Below, piece after piece: positions 56,001 through 64,000 of a stretch of 64,000 bases of DNA; positions within the stretch are counted from its first letter, which is position 1; every line of letters starts with the position of its first letter. The notes under the pieces are model-generated. The model was given only the letters and a program-made list of their open reading frames with translations. It searched no databases and was not told the DNA's origin. The stretch lies in NCBI GenBank assembly GCA_025558095.1, contig JAIVFI010000043.1:62001-126000 (forward strand). Direction: 5' to 3'. Made by a program: the position numbers and the translations under genes. This DNA is from Hyaloraphidium curvatum SAG 235-1. Taxonomy: Eukaryota; Fungi; Monoblepharomycota.

Positions 56001-58137
56001 GCTCCAGGTGCACGAGGTGCTCGTCGACCGTCTGCGAGAAGATAATGATGTCGTCGATGAAGACCACCAAGCAGTACCACTGGAGGCCGGCGAGGAGCTC
56101 GTCCATGATCCGAGCAAAGGTTGCAGGAGCGTTGGTAAAGCCCATGGCCATCCGCTCCCACTGGTAGAGACCGCGGTGCGTCGTGAAGGCCGTCTTTTCC
56201 TTGTCCTCGTCGGCCACCTCCACGTGCCAAAAGCCGGAGCGGATGTCGCAAACGCTCCACACCTTGGCCGCGCTGAGGAGAGCGAGAGTGTCGCTTGGGT
56301 TCTTCATCGGGTAGACGTCGCGCTTGGTGGCGGCGTTGAGCTTCCGGTAATCGATCACCAGGCGCCATTCGCCCGAGCCGTGCCCTTTTGGCACCATGAT
56401 GCAGGGCGTGGCCCAGGGGCTTCGCGAGGGGACGACTACGCCCTGCACGAGCAGGTCGTCGATGATCTTGTCCATTTCCCCGCGAAGCCGGAACGGGGTC
56501 CGGTACGGCATCTGGTGGATCGGCTTGAGGTCGCCCGTGTCGATCCGGAAGCGATGGTTGCGCAGCTTGCCGATCCAAGGACCAAACACGTCCCGGTAGC
56601 GGTCGCAGAGCTTATGGAAACGAGGTTTGTCCCCCTCGCTCAGGATCGTTTGGTCCATCTTGAGCTCGATAGCCTCGACCGGAGGAGGCTCCACGCCGGG
56701 AGGCTGAGGTGGTCCAATCGATCCCGGCGAGGGCACCGCGAACAGATCGATGGTCTCCTCGACCGTGAGCGTGGATTCGGCCGGTTCGGTGTGGGGCAGC
56801 TCGGGCTCCAGCATCGAGATCTGCGCGGGAGCCAGATACGTGGGCGGTTCCGGAGCGAGAAATCCAGGAATCCGCACGCGGAAGCGGCCGAGGTGGGTGC
56901 CCGGGCCGATCGTGACCGGTGTCGTCCCGTAGTTGCGGATGAGAATCGGCAGCCGACCGTCTCTGTCGGGCGTCGCCGACGGGATGATGAAGAGGCGATC
57001 GAACGGCGAAGTGTTCGGCGTCTCGATGACCCCTGTCAAGTCCATCTCCACGACGGTCGCCAAGGGAGTCGTCGGGGCCAGCTCAGCGGTGATCGAGACG
57101 TCCTCGTTGGGGTAGACCGTGATGGAGGTGGTTGAATGGAGCGGGGCGACCAGGTGTGATCCGAAGAGCGGTCGCGCAACAATGTGCATTGGCACGACGA
57201 CCCCCTCCGGATCGTCCTTGAAATAGAGGACCGGCGTCTCCCAGTCCATCTGAACGCGTAGGGCGGAGAGCCAAGGGGTGCCGAGGATCACGTCGTCCAT
57301 GAGACCGTCCATGATGGCGACGTCCATGACGCAGTGTTGATTCCCGACCAGGATGTCCATCTTAGCAACTCCGCGGACCCACATGGTTCCGCCGGCCGCG
57401 GCCGTGCTGAGGGTGCCGAGTGTCCATGGTTTGATCGGTGGCGACGGGTGGATCCGGCAGAAGAAGGACGACCGAACCGCCACCACTGAGGCACCGGAGT
57501 CGACGAGGGCCGCGGGGGTATTCACGCCGTTGACCCATGCCGAAACGCGTGCCGCCTGATAGTGGAACTGCACTTGCGAAGTCCACGTCCAGCGATCCGG
57601 CGGAGGGGCGACCGGAGCAGGTGGCCGCGGGCGAGGCCGAGGGCCAGGCAGCGGTGGTCGTGCGTAGGCGGAAGGAGGAGGGGGCCTTTCGAAAGGTCCG
57701 GGAACGGCGCGGACGGTCGGGCCCTCGTGCATAGGTGCATCCGCTGATCCCGCGTCCGCATCCTGTGCCGCCGGTTCACCGTTTCCCACGACCTCGACCG
57801 AGCCGGGCGACGCCGAATCCGCTGCCGGCGGCGGGGCCAGGGTCTCGTCGATCGGCATGAGCGCCTCCCGCTGCTGACGAACGGCGGCCTGTCGAGCTGC
57901 CTCCGCCTCGAGGAAGAGGATGTACTCCGTGCCCCCGAAGGGCCAATGATGAACGTGGTCCTCCGCCGTCGGTTCATCGGTCGCGGAATCCGACAACTCC
58001 GGCGATCCGCCAGGAGATGAAGGGTCCGTGCCGTCCGGCAGCGGGGAAGTTCCAGGAAGAGGTTCCACATGTGGTTCAAGAGCTTGGATCTCTGCCCCCC
58101 TATGGCCGTGCGGCACTGAGGGCAAAGCTAGTTTTTT
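53080..58137 (-). CDS. pol: Pol polyprotein: PR, RT, RNase H, integrase, chromodomain (via -1 frameshift)
   Basis: LVDSGAS; WRLVIDYRKLN, MGFTNAP, FIDD; TDAS, EREALA, TDH; HHCC and D-D-E; EYTVEDIVGH...FEVKWRGF. Confidence 0.96.
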   Translation of the reverse strand, partial: KKLALPSVPHGHRGAEIQALEPHVEPLPGTSPLPDGTDPSSPGGSPELSDSATDEPTAEDHVHHWPFGGTEYILFLEAEAARQAAVRQQREALMPIDETLAPPPAADSASPGSVEVVGNGEPAAQDADAGSADAPMHEGPTVRAVPGPFERPPPPSAYARPPLPGPRPRPRPPAPVAPPPDRWTWTSQVQFHYQAARVSAWVNGVNTPAALVDSGASVVAVRSSFFCRIHPSPPIKPWTLGTLSTAAAGGTMWVRGVAKMDILVGNQHCVMDVAIMDGLMDDVILGTPWLSALRVQMDWETPVLYFKDDPEGVVVPMHIVARPLFGSHLVAPLHSTTSITVYPNEDVSITAELAPTTPLATVVEMDLTGVIETPNTSPFDRLFIIPSATPDRDGRLPILIRNYGTTPVTIGPGTHLGRFRVRIPGFLAPEPPTYLAPAQISMLEPELPHTEPAESTLTVEETIDLFAVPSPGSIGPPQPPGVEPPPVEAIELKMDQTILSEGDKPRFHKLCDRYRDVFGPWIGKLRNHRFRIDTGDLKPIHQMPYRTPFRLRGEMDKIIDDLLVQGVVVPSRSPWATPCIMVPKGHGSGEWRLVIDYRKLNAATKRDVYPMKNPSDTLALLSAAKVWSVCDIRSGFWHVEVADEDKEKTAFTTHRGLYQWERMAMGFTNAPATFARIMDELLAGLQWYCLVVFIDDIIIFSQTVDEHLVHLELLFDRLREAGMTLKLAKCKFFRREVKYLGHYVTADGLKVDPEKTRAVDQFPRPTTKKELQSFLGLSNYYRPFIAGYANIASPLTRLTQDGVSVSRAWDDACEAAFRMLKERLTSAPVLRRPDFSKRFVLFTDASDIGLGAVLSQRDSDGKEYVIAYASRALQPNERKWDTREREALAVVWACEHFWAYLIGDEFEVVTDHSALKWLLETSKPGRLQRWILRLSDFRFQIIHRSGKANSNADFLSRQLVAPSPDEDVPMGDPEEILDIPAFWPPNPPDPLPFSSFSGGGRAPGFLSGSDLGQTSRSSSTPVTESDSGRATAGSSVNCESMERVLSGTEFPATVAAVEGTLWSDPGTLPEAAAPETQILLPIPTTNAQVDPADVPERDLAFLHPALLEVLPDVGGISAIDLADVRSRDALRKVQEADVETSALIRFVRDGELPPNVNLAKFCKKYGEQYFLATDGVLCRRDVLATGTRRIPVTQLVIPHELREAYLQRAHDDPLSGHVGRHRAYSNLRRRVYWVGMAHDVRRWTRACLTCMTRKMPSVSNQGLLKSVPLTGPNEDIYIDYIGEINPATPRGNKYLLVVYDPFTKWVAAYPTPDLSGPTTAKLLYTRWILEHGLPKRIHHDNASNLDNHYMEYLLKLLGINRGLVTVGHPRASLAERPNRWIIDALSAAVSKNYQTWDEDIVGVIFAFRTSIHATTGETPFFLMHGRDARIPLDLLYDETEIREPVHLRASDEEDKKTEDERRRTYVVELVAQLRAAYDLVAEKMAAAAETRNAKANATRLPITFRPGDLVLIWGPERPRKGEPGKFVSRYLGPYRIEESGHTELTWKCRHVYETDHVTTVHVDRLARYKPWESATFNARSWNARAPELAAGEELDLSEPVNEFEEEIEVENALGNEQEYTVEDIVGHEGQGHGLKFEVKWRGFARTTKLPLDMLHGAIGIVRAYADRVGLQLPTGLPRRMRTRRR
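58090..58137 (-). promoter_or_regulatory. -1 ribosomal frameshift signal
   Basis: A AAA AAC heptamer immediately before the gag TAG, followed by a 10-bp stem CTTTGCCCTC/GGGGGCAGAG. Confidence 0.8.
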
Positions 58138-59783
58138 GGCATCGAAGGGGTGTTGCCGAGGCGAGACTTCCAGTTGAGTGGGCGGCGGTTGGCATTCTTC
58201 TCCAACTCCCAGCACTCGTCCTGAGCATGCCCATCCATGCCACAGAGATGGCAGTGGCGAGGCTGGAAGCGCTTCTGGTCGCGGTACTCCGAGGTGAAGG
58301 GCCGGCGATCCTGGCGCTCCTGCTGCTGGCGGGGCCGATCGATCGGAGGAGGCCTCGCGGGGGGGTTCGACCTGGTCTCCGCGGCCTGAACCTGATGGCG
58401 AGGCGACGGCAGCAGCTTGGTGATGAGCTCCTTGATCTCGACGAGGTCGCTGTTCGGCCCCGAAGGCGGCAACGGCTGGCTCCGACGAGACTGGAAGGGG
58501 ACGAAACGGCGCGGAGGCCGGAACGCAGACTCCCCCGGCGGTCCACCGGTGGGCCTGCGCTCTCCCTTAGGCTCCAGCAGCTTTGTGAGAGCCTGCGTAT
58601 GAGCCAGCAGCACTTCCGTCGTCGCCTTGTCGGTCGCCTTGGAGGAGCCCGAAGACGAGTGCTGGCCGACCAGAGCCGGAATCTCCGAAATCGAGTTCTG
58701 GCCCAGGAAACGGATGTCGCGCGGCTGCGCAGGGCCCGATGCTTGCATGACGGTGCGCATCTTCTCGATGACCTTGGTGACGGAAGTGCGGTTGATGAGG
58801 TGATCCCCGAGGAGCTCCAGCGCCTTCCCGCGTAGCTCCGGGCGCAGTCCGTAGAGCAGGTTCTGGCCGTACACGCTGTCTTGCACTTCCCTGGTAGGAA
58901 GCTGATCGCCGCAGTGCGAGAGGAAACGCGTCTCGGCCAGGGATACGCGGGCAACGAAGGCGTCGAGGGTCTCATCGTTGGTCATCTGAATCGTGTTGTA
59001 GTGCCGGCGATAATGCATCGATGCGTCGCGGGGCTCGAAGTGGTAGCGTAGCCAGGCAAGCACATCGTTCTGGGTCACCGGAGGATAGGTGGCCGTCGCG
59101 GGATAGTCCGGAGGGCGGTTCTGCGGCGTGATGTTGTGCCACATTGCGCGCGGCAGAGGCCCAAGGAAGACCGGGAAGACCTTGACGAGGTTGTTGATGG
59201 AGCCGAACGCCGTGAGAACCGTAGTGAGGTCGCGGAAGAAGTCTTCCGGGTCCTGCGTAGCGGGATCGAAGGGCTGAACAGAAGCAGGCAGCAGCTGAGC
59301 CGGGAGCTTGGCGGCTCCGCCCTGGCGATCCGCCTGGGGGAGGCCGGTGCTTCCATCGTTCGGCGGCTGAGCGCCAACGATGGCCCGTACGGCGTCGACG
59401 AACTGCTGCGGCTGGAGACCAGCGGCGGCAGCGTTGACAGCCGGGGCTTGCTCGCTCCGCTGACCCTGCTGCTGTGCGGCGAGCTGCTGGAGCTGCTGCG
59501 CTGCAAGCTGCTCGGCGGCGGCTTGCTGTTGAACTTGGGCAGCTGGCAACTGCTGAGCGGTCTGTTGCGCCACGAGCTGAGCGGCAAGCTGATCGGCGAC
59601 GGCTTGCTGGGCGGCTTGCTGGGCGGCGAGTTGGGCGACGTCGTTGGCGGCGGCGCCGACTTGCTGGATCGCGGCCTGCGCAGCTTGGATAATCGCCTGG
59701 GCCTGCGGGTTGTTCTGCAAATCGTTAGCTTCCTGAGGCTGCTGAACCTCCTGCTGAGGGGCGGCTTCTTGAACGGGGTCCAT
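58128..59783 (-). CDS. gag: Gag with Q/A-rich N-terminus and CCHC zinc knuckle
   Basis: First ATG at 59783 (MDPVQ); QMTNDETLDAF capsid-like motif; CHLCGMDGHAQDEC. Confidence 0.9.
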   Translation of the reverse strand: MDPVQEAAPQQEVQQPQEANDLQNNPQAQAIIQAAQAAIQQVGAAANDVAQLAAQQAAQQAVADQLAAQLVAQQTAQQLPAAQVQQQAAAEQLAAQQLQQLAAQQQGQRSEQAPAVNAAAAGLQPQQFVDAVRAIVGAQPPNDGSTGLPQADRQGGAAKLPAQLLPASVQPFDPATQDPEDFFRDLTTVLTAFGSINNLVKVFPVFLGPLPRAMWHNITPQNRPPDYPATATYPPVTQNDVLAWLRYHFEPRDASMHYRRHYNTIQMTNDETLDAFVARVSLAETRFLSHCGDQLPTREVQDSVYGQNLLYGLRPELRGKALELLGDHLINRTSVTKVIEKMRTVMQASGPAQPRDIRFLGQNSISEIPALVGQHSSSGSSKATDKATTEVLLAHTQALTKLLEPKGERRPTGGPPGESAFRPPRRFVPFQSRRSQPLPPSGPNSDLVEIKELITKLLPSPRHQVQAAETRSNPPARPPPIDRPRQQQERQDRRPFTSEYRDQKRFQPRHCHLCGMDGHAQDECWELEKNANRRPLNWKSRLGNTPSMPKN

Positions 59784-59931
59784 GTTTGGCGAAGGGGAAT
59801 GAACTTGGTTGACGGAATACGGTTGACAGAAAAGAGTGGCAGTCGACAAGCGCCGGTGCCAGGCGAAGTTGTTTTTGGATTATCGAAGTCGAAACTGAAG
59901 TCGAACGAGGTGTCGAAGACCCGAGAGCAGG

Positions 59932-59949
59932 ATCACGGAGGTCGGACCA
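59932..59949 (-). other. Primer binding site, probably tRNA-Tyr
   Basis: TGGTCCGACCT starts 1 nt after the 5' LTR and is complementary to a tRNA 3' end AGGUCGGA-CCA, as in plant-type tRNA-Tyr(GUA). Confidence 0.65.
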
Positions 59950-59950
59950 G

Positions 59951-60426
59951 TGCGACGGTCCGGGTCGGAACCGGGCCTGAAGCTCTAACCCGGCGCGCGA
60001 ATCCCGCTCGGCTCTTCGGGTCGGATAGGCCCTGAATATGAATAAGCGAACAGCGCTGAAGATACTTGACTGTAGCCGGGGGAAAGAGGTTACGGGATGT
60101 CTCCCGGGGTGCGTCCCAAGGGCTCTCAGAACGAGGATCCGGCCGGGCGGGGTTCCGCACGGTGGTCGAACGACACGGAGAGCACGTAGAGTCAACTGGC
60201 GATCAAGATTGTACTGTTACATGTCCCGCTCTTTATATATCCCAGGAGGGTGGCTGTGCCGAGTCACTTGCGAGTCGCTCGCGAGTCGCTCGCGAGTGAC
60301 TCGCGAGTCACTCGCGAGTCGATCGCGAGTCGATCACGAGTCGATCGCGAGGACCGACGCCTCCACGCCTCCGAACCGAAAATGAAAATACCCTTGTCCG
60401 AATGTCAGACGTCCTGTACCTTCGCA
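59951..60426 (-). repeat. 5' LTR (476 bp)
   Basis: Identical to 49761-50236. Confidence 0.97.
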
Positions 60427-60806
60427 GACCACGCCACGGGAGGCGAGCTTGTCCTTGAGCTCATCCGCCAACGCAGATTCAAGCGCGTTGTGCCGCGCAA
60501 CCTTGCCCATTATCGGGCACGTGAAGGCGTGCAGGAAGTCGGCTCCCCGCGGCGCAAGGATGCGTGTGACCTGCCTGCCACTGCCGTCATCGACAGTGCA
60601 CCCGAGCGGGCAGAGCATCTGCGATGGTAGGGCCGAGAGCCAAGGGGCAGGGAGACCGAGGTCGGTACAGATGTTCAGCTGCAACGCCTCGTCGTCCAGG
60701 CCGAATCATCACGCTTTCCGTTGAATTTTGGCTTTCCACCAACTGGCGGGCAGGCGACGATGGTCCGGTGGGTTTGGAGCTCAGGGCCCAGCTTGCCCCG
60801 CCGTCT
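60427..60806 (-). mobile_element. CRE-like RLE non-LTR retrotransposon, upstream part (CCHC and RHN region), 5'-truncated
   Basis: GASWAL..P, DLGLP, CPLGC...HAFTC...RHNAL; the empty site reads KLASRGVV-VDRRHRGYL in frame. Confidence 0.75.
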
Positions 60807-61036
60807 AATCCGACGGCAAAGACTGGGATGTCGATGGTCTCATGGCCCGCCAGACCGGCCGTCTGCGCGCCGTTGTTCAGCCGGGGCGCGTACTGGGCTG
60901 CCAACAGCTTATGAACAGGTTCAAGGAGGCCTGTACCCGGCAGCTCGGCGGACATCTAACCCCTCCCCTCTTCCCCGAATTCAATGTATATGGCGTGACG
61001 TGATGTACCGGGGTCGGGGGGCTCAGCGCCTGTGAT
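60807..61036 (+). repeat. Inverted copy of the 3'-terminal ~230 bp of the CRE-like element
   Basis: Reverse complement of 49148-49379 with about 6 substitutions and a 2-nt indel. Confidence 0.9.
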
Positions 61037-61081
61037 GGAGATCTGATAGAGATCTGATCGCGGCAGTCCGATTGCCAAGCT

Positions 61082-63379
61082 GAACGCGTGGCTGGCGGCC
61101 TTCCCCGACCACGTCGTCATGAAGGTCGACTCTAGGAACGCCTTCAATACGCTGCGCCGCCTCTTCGCGCGCGAGGTGGTCCGCCAGGTGCCTCAGCTTA
61201 TCCCGTACTACAACCTCGTTTACTCGCGCCCTTCCCACGCCTACTTCCGCGACCGGCGCTCGGCGGAGCTCCTTTTCCGGATCACCATGTACGAGGGCAA
61301 CATCCAGGGCGACCCGCTGTCGTCTGCCATCTTCTCCTGCGCCATGAGCCGCATGCTGCGGCCCATCCGCTCTGGGCACCCCGACTGCCTCATCCTTGGG
61401 TACCTCGACGACCTCACCGTGGTCGGGCCGCTGGACTCGGTCATGGCCGTCCTGGGAGAGGTGCGTGACGGCCTTGCTTCCCTCGGCATGACCCACCGCC
61501 CGGACAAGAGCTACCTGCTTTCGCTCTCGACGAACCCGGCCGTGCTGGAGCGGGTGCGCGCGGCCGGTGCGGCCCACAACATCCGCGTCGCTGGCTTCCC
61601 GCCTCACGAGGCCGACCCCGAGGTGCATGCCACGGCGTCGGCCCCGGGCTCGCCTGACTTCGCTCGCTCGTGCGGCCTCAAGGTGGTAGGTGCCCCGGTC
61701 GGCACCCCTGCCTATGTGGAGTCGTTCCTCGCGGCCAAGATCGACTCCATTGCCGCTCTTCTCGATGAAATCGAGCGCGCCGCGCTCGGCTACGCCATGC
61801 CGGCCGACATCCCCTCCCTCCAGGGCCTGTACTCCCTCCTCCGTCTCTGTGTGACCCAGCTCTTCTCGTTTTGGCTCCGCATTCTCCCCCCCTCGGTTAC
61901 CCAACCCTTTGCTCGACGTCTTGACAACGCGCTTTTCACCACCTTCTTGCGCTTGCTGGGAGATCGGGCCGAGGATCTGGATCCGCTGTCGGTGGAGGGT
62001 CGGACTGTGCAGGAGCAGGTATTCTTGGGTCTGCACTACTCGGGGATGGGGCTTCTGTCATCGGAGAAGGTGGCCTCGGCGGCTTACCTGTCTTCACTCA
62101 ACCTCACGGCGGGCCCCTTGGACGCCATGCTTGGTCTTCGAACCTCGGCCCGGGGTGTGGGCGTGGAGCACGTGCGGGAACTGGTTCCCGTCATCGAGGC
62201 CCTCCGCCCCGCCTTTGAGCGTGTCGAGGATGACACGGCCGCAGCGTACGCCGAGGCTGCGCGTGCTGGGCAACCGGTGGGCGCCGCGCCCGCCCGCCGT
62301 ACGCTCCCTGCGGACGCCAGTTTCTTCGCTCAGCCGGTCTGGCACGGCCTGCAGAGCGACCTTACGCGTCTCGAGGACCAGCGCCGCCTCGCGGCTCTGA
62401 TTGCCTTGCAACCCGACACTTCCGCTGGTCTGGAGCGCCGCAAGCGGCTCGTCCAGGCGCAGGACGGCCTGTCGGCTTTCCTGACTGCCTCTCCCGCGCT
62501 GCTTGCCAACCACATTCGCAACAACTTTTTCCGCTTACTTGTACGCTTCCGGCTTTGCCTCCCGCTCCTGCACGAGGCCGACTACCCTGGTCTTTCCTTG
62601 CCCTGCCGGCGGGGCTGCAAGCGATCGGCCATGTCGCTGACGGGGGAGCACGCGTTCTCGGGCTGCTATGGCCGGGATCTCTTCAGTCCTGGTCACGACG
62701 ACATTTGCGCGGCCATCCGCGCGGCGCTTCGCTCCATCCCGCTCCTCCGCGTGCACCCCATGCCGCCAAACCTCCTTGCGCATGGCTACGAGACTGTCAC
62801 CCCGCCCACGCCTGCGGATGCTGGCCGCCTTGGCGACATTCTCATCACGCACCGCGAAACCCGGAAACGGTGGTTGCTCGAGATCAAGACCCTCACCTCT
62901 ATGGCCCATTTGCACACGGGCCTGGTCTTCTCGGTCCCGGGCCACGCAGTCGAACGGCGGGTCGAGGCCGCCAGGAAGGACTACTCCCGTTTCGTCTTCA
63001 ACGCCAACTTCTACCCTCTGATCGTGCTTGCTTTTGATTCGTACAGCGCTGTCTCTGCCACTTTCTCGCGCTTCTCCTCGGAGATGGGGCGCATCCAGTA
63101 TCCCGGGATCGTCGGCCGCGATGGGCAGCCCGTGGACCTCGATGGCCTTTACTCTCGTTTTGTGCGGCGCTTCCGCGAACGGATCGCGGTGGCCTGGGCT
63201 CTTGGCGTCGCGGCCCAACTCCAACACTGGCTTCAGCTGTGCACCGAAGCCGCCGCTGTCAACGCTCCGGCCCCCGGGCCGGTCGCTTTTGGTTTGAATG
63301 TAGATGAGGAGCTGATTCTTGGGGCGTAGGGGGATTTCTAAGTGTACGGTGGCATTGCTAGCTCCTCATTACATATAGG
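61082..63379 (+). mobile_element. Second CRE-like non-LTR retrotransposon, 5'-truncated, 14-bp TSD
   Basis: TSD CCGATTGCCAAGCT at 61068-61081 and 63380-63393. Confidence 0.88.
61119..63329 (+). CDS. RT (N-terminally truncated), CCHC, restriction-like endonuclease ORF
   Basis: DSRNAFN, GNIQGDPLS, YLDD, VVGAPVG, SGMGL, CRRGC...HAFSGC...GHD, GDILI...LEIK. Confidence 0.9.
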   Translation: MKVDSRNAFNTLRRLFAREVVRQVPQLIPYYNLVYSRPSHAYFRDRRSAELLFRITMYEGNIQGDPLSSAIFSCAMSRMLRPIRSGHPDCLILGYLDDLTVVGPLDSVMAVLGEVRDGLASLGMTHRPDKSYLLSLSTNPAVLERVRAAGAAHNIRVAGFPPHEADPEVHATASAPGSPDFARSCGLKVVGAPVGTPAYVESFLAAKIDSIAALLDEIERAALGYAMPADIPSLQGLYSLLRLCVTQLFSFWLRILPPSVTQPFARRLDNALFTTFLRLLGDRAEDLDPLSVEGRTVQEQVFLGLHYSGMGLLSSEKVASAAYLSSLNLTAGPLDAMLGLRTSARGVGVEHVRELVPVIEALRPAFERVEDDTAAAYAEAARAGQPVGAAPARRTLPADASFFAQPVWHGLQSDLTRLEDQRRLAALIALQPDTSAGLERRKRLVQAQDGLSAFLTASPALLANHIRNNFFRLLVRFRLCLPLLHEADYPGLSLPCRRGCKRSAMSLTGEHAFSGCYGRDLFSPGHDDICAAIRAALRSIPLLRVHPMPPNLLAHGYETVTPPTPADAGRLGDILITHRETRKRWLLEIKTLTSMAHLHTGLVFSVPGHAVERRVEAARKDYSRFVFNANFYPLIVLAFDSYSAVSATFSRFSSEMGRIQYPGIVGRDGQPVDLDGLYSRFVRRFRERIAVAWALGVAAQLQHWLQLCTEAAAVNAPAPGPVAFGLNVDEELILGA

Positions 63380-63471
63380 CCGATTGCCAAGCTAGCCGGC
63401 GGTACTCACTTCACGTTCCAACGGCGTTTCTACGTGTAGTACGCGATCCAGCCCCTCCCTTCGAGGGCCCG

Positions 63472-64000
63472 ATGCAGGCCGCGGAGGCGGAGCCGGCGCC
63501 GCCCGGTGCCGGCAAGCCGCCCGCGCGCGCCGGGTTCTTTGCGCGCGCGGACGTCTCGGCGGCGTTCCCGCTGCCGCCGCCGCCGCCCGGGCCGTGGGAC
63601 CGCCGCGCCGCCGCGCCGCCGCCGGAGCCGTGCACGCCGGGCACCGTGCTGGCGGCCCTCGCGCCGCACCGCGCCCTGCGCATGCTCGCGGCGAGCCACC
63701 TGGCGCTGTGGCTGCTGCCGATCACGCTGCCCCTGCGCTATGCGGTCGCGGGCGTGGTGGCCGCCGCTTTCGGCGCGTCCATGCTGGCGTTCGGAGCGGA
63801 CGCGTTCGGACCGTCGCAACTCGTCGGCGGCTACGTGCTGGTGGCGGTTTACTGTGTCGCCTTCCCATTCGTGTGGTTCGTGGGCCAGGTCGCGCTGATA
63901 CGCCAGCGGCTGCGGCTGCGGCACCCGAAGAACTTTCCAACCTGGGTTGCAGCCGCGCGCGAAAGGCTGGCGGGGGTCTTTCACCCGTGGAGCCGGCGCA
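63472..64000 (+). CDS. Hypothetical membrane protein (5' part; runs off the window)
   Basis: Open from ATG 63472 to the window end with 2-3 hydrophobic segments (LWLLPITLPL, YVLVAVYCVAFPFVWFVG). Confidence 0.55.
   Translation, partial: MQAAEAEPAPPGAGKPPARAGFFARADVSAAFPLPPPPPGPWDRRAAAPPPEPCTPGTVLAALAPHRALRMLAASHLALWLLPITLPLRYAVAGVVAAAFGASMLAFGADAFGPSQLVGGYVLVAVYCVAFPFVWFVGQVALIRQRLRLRHPKNFPTWVAAARERLAGVFHPWSRR

Larger units (their letters stand above)
49761..60426 (-). mobile_element. Full-length Ty3/Gypsy LTR retrotransposon with chromodomain integrase and accessory genes
   Basis: Identical 476-bp LTRs with TGCGA...TCGCA ends, TSD GACC (49757-49760, 60427-60430), PBS, PPT, intact gag and pol. 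Confidence 0.97.

Noticed and set aside
49150-61034. Autonomous DNA transposon (CACTA/Transib-like) suggested by CACAG ends and 230-bp inverted repeats
   Set aside because: No DDE transposase is present, and the repeats are retroelement endonuclease coding sequence plus 3' UTR.

Overview
GC-rich eukaryotic DNA with many short (~40-80 nt) GT-AG introns and CTRAY-type branch points. The gene content (VRG4-type GDP-mannose transporter, cytochrome b5/acyl-CoA dehydrogenase fusion, TM-RGS protein, hybrid histidine kinase) suggests an early-diverging fungus; this is inference only. Positions 1-49 kb hold about 25 host genes. These include an intron-containing bacterial-type PEP synthase, an intronless galactokinase-like protein with altered catalytic motifs, and several intronless bacterial-looking enzymes. 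Positions 49.1-63.4 kb are a nested retroelement cluster. Its core is an intact, very young Ty3/Gypsy element (49761-60426, minus strand; identical 476-bp LTRs, GACC TSD, gag, -1 frameshift, PR-RT-RH-IN-chromodomain pol). It sits inside a truncated CRE-like non-LTR element whose 3' end is duplicated in inverted orientation, and a second 5'-truncated CRE-like element with a 14-bp TSD follows. The most notable feature is the 2.8-kb accessory region of the Gypsy element. It holds an internal array of 11-bp palindromic ACTCGCGAGT-type units plus a TATA box, the same layout as the LTR U3 region. That array lies between a sense coiled-coil ORF and a divergent antisense gene with two predicted introns encoding a BED-type zinc-finger protein. 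A second PPT-like motif sits at the element midpoint. Together these suggest a foamy-virus-like internal promoter/self-regulator circuit in a retrotransposon (hypothesis). All calls come from reading the sequence by eye; no searches were run, and exon boundaries are approximate unless stated.
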